DNA from: an uncultured Candidatus Peribacteria bacterium
Lineage (GTDB): Bacteria > Patescibacteriota > Gracilibacteria > Peribacterales > Peribacteraceae
Direction of reading: 5' to 3'
Assembly (NCBI GenBank): GCA_964548055.1
Contig: CAZJPS010000003.1
Coordinates: forward strand, 1-41,224
Length of the DNA stretch: 41,224 nucleotides
The notes beneath the pieces are model-generated. The model saw nothing but the letters and a program-made list of their open reading frames with translations, searched no databases and had not been told where the DNA came from. Position numbers and translations under genes: made by a program. Shown in pieces: positions 15,684 to 22,625 of the stretch. How positions within the stretch are numbered: position 1 is the stretch's first letter; every line of letters starts with the position of its first letter.

Positions 15684-17234
15684 ATGAAACGAGCCCTCCT
15701 CTCGGTATCCGATAAGGCCGGCATCACAGATTTTGCACGCGGTCTCGTAGGAGCTGGATACCAGATCATATCCACAGGAGGAACACTCACTCATCTCACA
15801 AAAGAAGGCATCGACGTAACATCGGTAGAAGACATCACAAAATTTCCCGAATGTTTTGGAGGACGAGTGAAGACCATGCACCCCCTCATCATGGGAGGCA
15901 TTTTATTTCGCCGTGAGAATGCAGATGATGTGAAAGAGGCAAAAAAACTCGGCATTGAACCGATCGATATCGTGGTGGTGAATTTGTATCCGTTTAAAAA
16001 GACGGCAGAAGACCCTAGTAAAACTGATGCAGAAATTATTGAGCAGATTGATATTGGAGGACCAACACTGCTCCGAAGTGCAGCAAAAAATCATACGTCG
16101 GTGACTGTCGTGTGCGATAGCGCTGATTACGATCGCATTCTCTCGGAATTAAAAAAAAGTGGAGAAACATCGCTCGAGTTGAGAGCTGAGCTCGCCGCAA
16201 AAGTGTTCCTCCACACCGCTGCATACGATGCGATGATCGCGGAATATCTCTCCGAAGGACAAACTATGGGAGTGATTCTTACACAAGGAACTCCGCTACG
16301 GTATGGGGAAAACCCGCATCAGTGGGGAAAGTATTATGGGCTCTTCGAGCCAGTGGAAAGCGGAAAGTGGAAGGTGGAAAGTTCTGAACTCTCAACTTCC
16401 AAAACATGGGGAACTTTGCATCAAGGTAAAGCTCTCAGCTATCTAAATATTCTCGATGCCGATGCTGCATGGTCCGCTGTGTGTGAATTTGAAGAACCAA
16501 CTGCGGTGTTTGTGAAACACACAAATCCAAGTGGAATCGCCTCAGCAAAAACTATCGAAGAAGCTTTCCAACGTGCGTACGATGCCGATCGCCTCTCCGC
16601 CTTTGGCGTGATCATCGCTCTTAATAGACCATGCACAGAGGAAATTGCCAAAAAAATTATTGAGCAGAAAATTTTTACGGAAGTGATCATTACAGAAAGC
16701 TACGAAAAAGGAGCACTAAAAGTTCTTCAGGAAAAACCAAACATCCGCGTGATCGAACAAAAAGTTCGTCCCAATGGAGCCGTGCAATATCGCTCCGTCC
16801 TGGGAGGAATGCTGGTGCAAAATTCAGACCACAGAATTGTGACAGAAAAGGACTTCACAGTGGTGACAGATAAGAAGCCGACCAAAGAGCAGATCTCTGA
16901 TCTTCTCTTCGCCTGGAAAGCCGTAAAATATGCCAAATCAAACGCAATTGTGTTCGCAAAAGATCAGGTAACTGTCGGGATCGGTGCAGGTCAGACTAGC
17001 CGTGTCGATTCCACCTGGATCGCCGTCAAACGCGCAGGGGACCGTGCCAAAGGCGCCGTAATGGCTAGTGATGCCTTCTTCCCTTTCCCTGATTCCTTAG
17101 AAGAAGCTGCCAAAGCCGGCGTCAGTGCCATCATCCAGCCGGGAGGATCTATTAAAGATGCTGATGTATTCGCAAAAGCGAATGAGTTGGGAATTGTGAT
17201 GGTCACGACAGGCGTGAGGGCGTTTCGACATTAG
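15684..17234 (+). CDS. purH: bifunctional AICAR transformylase / IMP cyclohydrolase
   Basis: I trimmed the track ORF to MKRALLSVSDKAGI (ATG 15684), the canonical MGS-like N-terminus. Motifs present: YGENPHQ, GKALSYLNILDADAA, QTSRVDS and ASDAFFPF. It contains an in-frame heptamer element at 16353-16405. Confidence 0.92.
   Translation: MKRALLSVSDKAGITDFARGLVGAGYQIISTGGTLTHLTKEGIDVTSVEDITKFPECFGGRVKTMHPLIMGGILFRRENADDVKEAKKLGIEPIDIVVVNLYPFKKTAEDPSKTDAEIIEQIDIGGPTLLRSAAKNHTSVTVVCDSADYDRILSELKKSGETSLELRAELAAKVFLHTAAYDAMIAEYLSEGQTMGVILTQGTPLRYGENPHQWGKYYGLFEPVESGKWKVESSELSTSKTWGTLHQGKALSYLNILDADAAWSAVCEFEEPTAVFVKHTNPSGIASAKTIEEAFQRAYDADRLSAFGVIIALNRPCTEEIAKKIIEQKIFTEVIITESYEKGALKVLQEKPNIRVIEQKVRPNGAVQYRSVLGGMLVQNSDHRIVTEKDFTVVTDKKPTKEQISDLLFAWKAVKYAKSNAIVFAKDQVTVGIGAGQTSRVDSTWIAVKRAGDRAKGAVMASDAFFPFPDSLEEAAKAGVSAIIQPGGSIKDADVFAKANELGIVMVTTGVRAFRH
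16353..16405. repeat. GTGGAAA-heptamer palindromic element, compact copy inside purH
   Basis: GTGGAAA GCGGAAA GTGGAAG GTGGAAA GTTCTGA ACTCTCAACTTCCAAAAC. It is translated as VESGKWKVESSELSTSK. Confidence 0.75.
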
Positions 17235-17244
17235 ATGAAAAAGA

Positions 17245-17325
17245 GATAAAGGCGATAAAGGCCTCTTATGTAAAAAGACCTTTGTCCCTTTTGTCCCCTT
17301 TTAAACCTTTGTCCCCTTTTAAAGG
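17245..17325. repeat. GA(T/C)AAAGG / CCTTTGTCCCC palindromic repeat between convergent purH and recR
   Basis: Left arm GATAAAGGCGATAAAGGCC; right arm GACCTTTGTCCCTTTTGTCCCCTTTTAAACCTTTGTCCCCTTTTAAAGG. It belongs to the same family as 24556-24648. Confidence 0.75.
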
Positions 17326-17915
17326 CTCCTCCTCCCCGCCAACGCCTCTCTCAAAGTCACCTGATCCGCAAATTCAATATCCGCCCCCATGGGAAGGCCG
17401 TGTGCGAGACGTGTGACCGCTGGAACAAAGGACTGCAATTGCATACGTACATAGTTGGCAGTCGCCTCGCCTTCTATATCTGGATTGGTGGCAACAATCA
17501 CTTCTTTTATCGTCCCTTTTTTTGCTCGGTCCACCAGTTCTCGCATCTTTAATTGTTCAGGCCCCATTCCGTCGATGGGAGAAAGGACTCCATGGAGAAC
17601 GTGATACAAACCTTTATAGGATGTTTTTTCAAACGCAATCACTTCCAGCGGATCTTCTACGACCAAAATAGTGGAGGCATCACGCGAAGGATCACTGCAA
17701 ATGGCGCAGATTTCCTCCAGCGTAATCATCTGGCAGATCTTGCAGTATTTCAGGTCATGCTTGAGTGCCAGTAGCGCCTCTCCCAGTTTTTCCGGCGATG
17801 CTTTGGAGCTTCGCAGTAAATGAAACGTAAGGCGTTCTGCACTCTTTGGGCCAATACCCGGGAGCTTGCTAAACTCCTCGATCATGCGGTGGATTTGGGG
17901 TGGCAATAATGACAT
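17319..17915 (-). CDS. recR: recombination protein RecR
   Basis: 198 aa with the HhH motif LPGIGPKSAERL, a C4 zinc finger CKICQ...CAIC, and a Toprim segment VVEDPLEVIAFE...VIVATNPDIEGEATA. Confidence 0.92.
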   Translation of the reverse strand: MSLLPPQIHRMIEEFSKLPGIGPKSAERLTFHLLRSSKASPEKLGEALLALKHDLKYCKICQMITLEEICAICSDPSRDASTILVVEDPLEVIAFEKTSYKGLYHVLHGVLSPIDGMGPEQLKMRELVDRAKKGTIKEVIVATNPDIEGEATANYVRMQLQSFVPAVTRLAHGLPMGADIEFADQVTLREALAGRRSL

Positions 17916-17952
17916 CTGCCAGAAGATACAACAAAAAGAACTTTGAAGAGAA

Positions 17953-18032
17953 CGTTTATTCGATAATTCGTTTACTCGTTTATTCGAATAACAATTTCGC
18001 GAATAAACGAATCAACGAGTAAACCAATAAAC
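17953..18032. repeat. palindrome of four CGTTTAYT 8-mers per arm
   Basis: CGTTTATT CGATAATT CGTTTACT CGTTTATT CG, a 12-nt loop, then CGAATAAACGAATCAACGAGTAAACCAATAAACG. The outer and inner units pair perfectly. Confidence 0.8.
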
Positions 18033-18043
18033 GAAAGAGTGCA

Positions 18044-18502
18044 TTATTCCTCCCTTCCTTCCCTCACTCTCCTACTCACGTCCCGTTCTTTAATCTTCTG
18101 CCTCTTATCATACCTCTTCCGTCCGCGCCCAATGCCGAGGAGGACTTTGATAAATTTACCAGCTTTCACTTCCAGCGGAACGATAGCGATGCCTTTTTCA
18201 GCCACACTGCTCTGCAATTTTTCGATGTCATGTTTCTTTAAAAGAAGAGTTCTATCACGACTATCTTCGTGAGGAACAGAGGGCCCACTAAAAGCGTACT
18301 TTGTGATTTTTGCATTCTTTAGCTGGGCAATACCTTTATAAAAAGATACATAGGAACCTGCAATACTGAGGTGGCCCATCCTGCAAGATTTAGCTTCGCT
18401 ACCCGTGAGGATGATCCCGGCCTCGATAGTTTCGAGGATTTCATACTCAAACCTGGCACGCCTGTTTTGGGCAACAACCTTCATAAAAGTAGTATAGTCC
18501 AT
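18044..18502 (-). CDS. smpB: SsrA-binding protein SmpB
   Basis: VAQNRRARFEYEILETIEAGIILTGSEAKS...LLLKKHDIEKL...IVPLEVKAGKFIKVLLGIGRGRKRYDKRQ. The start is at ATG 18502 or ATG 18484, and the longer track ORF is unlikely. Confidence 0.9.
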   Translation of the reverse strand: MDYTTFMKVVAQNRRARFEYEILETIEAGIILTGSEAKSCRMGHLSIAGSYVSFYKGIAQLKNAKITKYAFSGPSVPHEDSRDRTLLLKKHDIEKLQSSVAEKGIAIVPLEVKAGKFIKVLLGIGRGRKRYDKRQKIKERDVSRRVREGREE

Positions 18503-18676
18503 AGTTGACAAATCAACTATTTTGTATAAAATATGCGTGTCAGGAGCTATGTTCTCCTTTGGCAATTCCCTGCGCTGGCACTCCAGCATAGAGCATTGCC
18601 GAAGGGCGAACAGCCGACTTCGGCACGAAGGCCCTGATCTTCTTAGGGCCTAACCTGTTATAAGGCTGGGCCTTAT

Positions 18677-19432
18677 TTATACTGGAAACAGCACCTGCAG
18701 AATGGAGTTCCCTAAAAAGACCGCGACCAGTGTGCCTATCCCCAGAAAAGGACCAAATGGCAGTTGGCTCTGCATGTGCTTCTTTTTACGAATGAGAAGA
18801 ACAATGGCAAACGCAGCGCCAATAATATATGCAGCAAAGAGTGCAAGAATCATATTTTCAGTATCTCCAGCAAGGGCACCCATTCCTGCTGCAATGATGA
18901 TATCCCCCGTTCCAATCCATGTACCCTTACTCACTACCCACTGTAGCCCAAAGAAACCCACGCCTATTGCAATAGGCGCCCAGGGATACACAGGCAAGAA
19001 AACTGCGTACAAAAGAGATGCTAAGAGAAATGGAATGCTGAGTGCATCGGGCACGTAGCCGGTGCGAGCATCTGTGACACACAGAAGCAAAAGAAGCCAG
19101 AGAGCAATACTCATGGGGCCCGCTTGAGCATAGGGAAGGATGTAAAAAGTGAGTGTAAAAAGAATTGCGCTCGCCATTTCTACAAGCGGATACTGCCACG
19201 AAAGAGAGTGTTTGCATTCTGCACATTTGCCGCCTTGTATAAAAAAACTGACGACTGGAATAAGCTCCAGAGGGCCGAGGATTTTTCCGCAATAGGGACA
19301 CTGCGATCTGCCGCGCACGCTCTTGCCCTGTATACCCCTCAATATCACCACATTCCCAAAACTTCCCATCACCGCGCCTAAAAGAAAAATAATGAAGAAG
19401 AAAGGGATATCCACCTGCATACCCTGTATCAT
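18677..19432 (-). CDS. pilD: prepilin peptidase (A24 family)
   Basis: N-terminal CPYCGK...CAECKH zinc motif, polytopic membrane protein, and two catalytic Asp motifs (DARTGYVPD and GTGDIIIAAGMGA). Confidence 0.9.
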   Translation of the reverse strand: MIQGMQVDIPFFFIIFLLGAVMGSFGNVVILRGIQGKSVRGRSQCPYCGKILGPLELIPVVSFFIQGGKCAECKHSLSWQYPLVEMASAILFTLTFYILPYAQAGPMSIALWLLLLLCVTDARTGYVPDALSIPFLLASLLYAVFLPVYPWAPIAIGVGFFGLQWVVSKGTWIGTGDIIIAAGMGALAGDTENMILALFAAYIIGAAFAIVLLIRKKKHMQSQLPFGPFLGIGTLVAVFLGNSILQVLFPV

Positions 19433-19518
19433 ACGTCATTGCGCTACGTTTTGCGCTTGATCTTTTACATCAGTAGATCAGAAAAGAACACCATCCCTCA
19501 GTGTCAGAATTCTGGGTG

Positions 19519-19776
19519 TTACTGTGCTCCTTCAGCTTCTTCCTCATGCTGCTTTGCAAGCTCCTCAGCAATGATTTCTTTGGCTCTTTTTACAATATCA
19601 TTCCTGCGCTCGGCCTTATCTTCCTTTGTAAACACAGCTGCTTCTCCCGAAGGAAATACTGTCGCAGCAAAATTCTGAACGGGTTCCCACGTCACAAATG
19701 TGTAGATACCAAACGAAACAGCAATTCCTGCTGCTGCTCCTAACAACTGAAGACGAAGAGAGGGGTGTGTAGACAT
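19519..19776 (-). CDS. small membrane-anchored hypothetical protein
   Basis: 85 aa with an ATG start, one TM (LLGAAAGIAVSFGIYTFV) and a charged helical tail. I recognise no family. Confidence 0.45.
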   Translation of the reverse strand: MSTHPSLRLQLLGAAAGIAVSFGIYTFVTWEPVQNFAATVFPSGEAAVFTKEDKAERRNDIVKRAKEIIAEELAKQHEEEAEGAQ

Positions 19777-19832
19777 CTGAATATCTTAGCAGAAAATGAC
19801 GGTGAGTGCCACCCCCGAAACGCAATACGAGG

Positions 19833-20237
19833 TTAGTTATCGCGCTTCTGTAACCCTTTTTGCCTGAGTAAACTACTCTTATGCTCCTGTGGCTTATAAG
19901 CGGGAAGCCGCTCTATAGGACACAAAAAATCTGCCTCTGATATACCAGGAGGCAGCTTTTGATCATATCCAAAGAGAATCAAATCGGGCTTCAGAGTACG
20001 CACTGGGGCAAAAAAATCCGAAGAATCGCCCAATATCACATGTGCCTCGGGGAACACCTCTTCTACCCGTCTCTTCCTTTCCTCCTCTACATGAACTGCC
20101 GTCTTCCCCTTCAATTTTTCTACATTCCTATCTCGTGCAATAACAATCCACACGTCCCCTCGCTTTTTTGCTTCTTGAAAAACAAAGAGGTGGCCGGGGT
20201 GAAGGATATCGAATGTTCCAAAGAGAAGAATTCGCAT
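19833..20237 (-). CDS. cytidylyltransferase-like nucleotidyltransferase (RibL/TagD-like)
   Basis: FGTFDILHPGH carries the HxGH motif of the nucleotidyltransferase superfamily. The track start at 20243 is TTG, so I prefer the ATG at 20237 (MRILLFG). Confidence 0.75.
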   Translation of the reverse strand: MRILLFGTFDILHPGHLFVFQEAKKRGDVWIVIARDRNVEKLKGKTAVHVEEERKRRVEEVFPEAHVILGDSSDFFAPVRTLKPDLILFGYDQKLPPGISEADFLCPIERLPAYKPQEHKSSLLRQKGLQKRDN

Positions 20238-20244
20238 GGTCAAA

Positions 20245-20341
20245 GTGGAAAGTGAAAAGCTGAGAGTTGAAAGTTATGGAAGCAGTCCTCCATTCGAGTA
20301 ATACGAGTTTCACTTTCCACTTTCCACTCTCAACTTTCAAC
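20245..20341. repeat. GTGGAAA-heptamer palindromic element, full intergenic copy
   Basis: GTGGAAA GTGAAAA GCTGAGA GTTGAAA GTTATGGAAGCAG...core...GTTTCAC TTTCCAC TTTCCAC TCTCAAC TTTCAAC. Confidence 0.8.
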
Positions 20342-20350
20342 TAATAATAA

Positions 20351-22354
20351 TTACCGTGTGCCAATATCAATCGCATATACTCTCTTCTCATCAATCACAT
20401 ACAGGTGGTTTTGGTCAGGATCCACATACAGATCCTTCAGTGTTCCCAGCTGTTCGCCTTCGAGAAGGTACTGTCGCACATAGGTTGCCTCACCCGTAGC
20501 ACCACCATCAGCTATCACAACCACACGAGCATTTACTGGATCTAATACATAGATATTGCCATTCGGAACCTTAAAAATCTTTGTGGCTGTTTTTAACACG
20601 TCTTTGGGGAATCCTCGAAGTGTGAATGGCTGCGCTTCGCCGCGCAGAAGCTTTAGAATTACACCACCTTCTTTCAGAACGTAGACACTCCCATCAATAG
20701 ACATATCCACTGCATCCGCAAGATCTGCATTCACGTTGTATCCCACGGGAGGCCCATATCTATTTTGTAGGTGCTCGTACTTGTAAATTTGTTTCTCTTT
20801 GGGGGCAAGGAGGTAGAGGTACCGAAGGTATGTTTCTATATCCACTCCTTCCTTCCATCCCTGAGGATCTTCTGTCTTCATCATTGTTGCCTGGTTTCCA
20901 ACAACCTCAGAAAGACTATTGCCTGTGGTCATGTATATCTGAGCATTAAAGCGCTCAAAAGGAGCGCCCAGAAGCAGCAATTCTCCTTCGCTCACTCGCC
21001 TTGGCTCATCCAGGGTATTGAGAAGCACTCTGTACGTGTACTGACGATCGAACACCACAAATTCTCCATCCCCAAGACCAATGAGACCTTGTGCCGATAC
21101 GTTGCTATTTTTGGAACTGAGGTTCACGACCACTCGTGGCGATACGCGTGCGGTGTTACTGAGCTCTTCTTGCTTCTGACGAATTTGATCAAGTAAATCC
21201 AGTGCTTCAGTTGTATAGAGGCGAGATTCATTGTTCACTACCTGACGAGCTTTATTTTCTGCTGTATCAAGAATCTCACTGGCACCCGCTGTATCTCCCG
21301 CCAGCTTACGGTTTTCTGCTACTCGAATGTTATCTTTTGCTTCCGTGAGAATTTGCGATAGCTCAGATTTTGTCTTGCTTCGCTGCGTGACAGTTGAAAG
21401 GCTCACCAACATCCAGATCACTAAAAATACCGCCACTGCTCCTGCAAGCAAAAGTAACTGTGCTCGCTTCCTGCGTTTGGGATTCCGTAGATCCGACAAA
21501 AATTGTTCTGCTTTTTCTTGCATATTCTCTATGAATCCCGTCGGCTTCTTTTTTATGCTTGGAATGAATCTCTGCACATCAAATTTTTTCCATGTGTTCG
21601 CAATCACTCCGCCCACGGGCGCGAGATATGAAAATCCTTGTTGAAGAATGCCCATAACGCCCGGCTGCCGCCCTCTTCGGGCCTGCCTTTTTGCTGCCAT
21701 TTCTTGCGTACGCGAGTGCTTGGCTGTTGCCACAGGAGCTGGGCTCCCTCCTGGCAATTGAATAATTGCTAGGGCAGCACTCTCTGCCTCTGCTTCAAGG
21801 GTTGCGGTTATTTCTTCAAGTGCTCCTTCTTGCGAGACAACGGTCCCAAGAGTTGCAGGGGTGAATGTGCGCAGTAAGCGATGAGTGGAAAGCACTACGG
21901 CATCACCCTCCTCAAGCTGACCAGTGCTAATGTGCACAAATGCAGGAACTGGCTTCCCAGGACTGAACTCTGTTATTTGGCTAGCCACTCCGCCTCGAAC
22001 CAAATACGCCTCCCCCCTACCCGCATGAGAGACATGAAGAGCGCCTGTCACTTCTAGTATCGCCACCACTGCATGCACTTCTTCTAATGCATTACTGAGC
22101 TGAAGCCCTTTAAAGAGACCGTTCAATTCTTTAAGAGTACCGTCCATTCGGTGCCATGCCTCGCCTTCTACCGACAAGAGCGAGTGCCGGATGATGCCTG
22201 CACACTCATCGGCGAATGATTCCATCTGGCTTTCTTTTGCATCTGATTGAATTAGCAAACATGCCCTTTCCCCTTGCGGAGAATGGAAAGTGAGAGAAAT
22301 AGGAGTGCTTGCTCCCTTCACCTCAGTAGAACCTGCGTAGACAGTAACGTCCAT
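20351..22354 (-). CDS. hypothetical bitopic membrane protein (N-terminal cytoplasmic PP2C-like-looking domain, TM, large C-terminal external domain)
   Basis: 667-aa ORF with an ATG start and a single TM, LLLLAGAVAVFLVIWMLVSL, near aa 300. The C-terminal region has repeated ...IYVLD.../...LYVID... strand motifs that suggest a beta-propeller. The domain calls are tentative. Confidence 0.65.
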   Translation of the reverse strand: MDVTVYAGSTEVKGASTPISLTFHSPQGERACLLIQSDAKESQMESFADECAGIIRHSLLSVEGEAWHRMDGTLKELNGLFKGLQLSNALEEVHAVVAILEVTGALHVSHAGRGEAYLVRGGVASQITEFSPGKPVPAFVHISTGQLEEGDAVVLSTHRLLRTFTPATLGTVVSQEGALEEITATLEAEAESAALAIIQLPGGSPAPVATAKHSRTQEMAAKRQARRGRQPGVMGILQQGFSYLAPVGGVIANTWKKFDVQRFIPSIKKKPTGFIENMQEKAEQFLSDLRNPKRRKRAQLLLLAGAVAVFLVIWMLVSLSTVTQRSKTKSELSQILTEAKDNIRVAENRKLAGDTAGASEILDTAENKARQVVNNESRLYTTEALDLLDQIRQKQEELSNTARVSPRVVVNLSSKNSNVSAQGLIGLGDGEFVVFDRQYTYRVLLNTLDEPRRVSEGELLLLGAPFERFNAQIYMTTGNSLSEVVGNQATMMKTEDPQGWKEGVDIETYLRYLYLLAPKEKQIYKYEHLQNRYGPPVGYNVNADLADAVDMSIDGSVYVLKEGGVILKLLRGEAQPFTLRGFPKDVLKTATKIFKVPNGNIYVLDPVNARVVVIADGGATGEATYVRQYLLEGEQLGTLKDLYVDPDQNHLYVIDEKRVYAIDIGTR

Positions 22355-22423
22355 CAGGGATGCAGGCTACCGGGGAAAAGGCGGTGAAGCAACTGAAGAA
22401 GATGCTACTACAAGACAATCAGA

Positions 22424-22483
22424 GCAAATCCCAATTTTATTTTTTATTTTGTTGGGATCTGGGATCTAAGATTTGGGATTTGC
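22424..22483. repeat. TTGGGAT-unit palindrome in the divergent spacer
   Basis: GCAAATCCCAA ... GTTGGGATCTGGGATCTAAGATTTGGGATTTGC. The outer stem is 11 bp, and the unit is shared with 37985-38040. Confidence 0.7.
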
Positions 22484-22625
22484 TTAAAAGAAACAAAAAT
22501 GTCATACAAAAATTCGTTGTATCTAAGCCAAAATATAGGGTATTCGACATCAACCACCTTGCTATTAAGCCCCTTCGGGAGTACACTCGTGAGAGTCATT
22601 ACTATTTTATATTCCAATACAAGAC

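Noticed and set aside
18590-18676. Whether the structured pilD-smpB spacer is SRP RNA or tmRNA.
   Set aside because: A GAACAGCC segment vaguely recalls the SRP domain IV AGCAGCC, but the GNRA tetraloop and the 5' asymmetric-loop motif are missing. No tRNA-like 3' end (..CCACCA) or tag reading frame for tmRNA is present.
22355-22625. An alternative origin at the divergent AT-rich spacer where gene orientation flips.
   Set aside because: I found no TTATCCACA/TTTTCCACA-type boxes there, whereas the dnaN-proximal spacer has at least five. I retain this only as a caveat to the oriC call.
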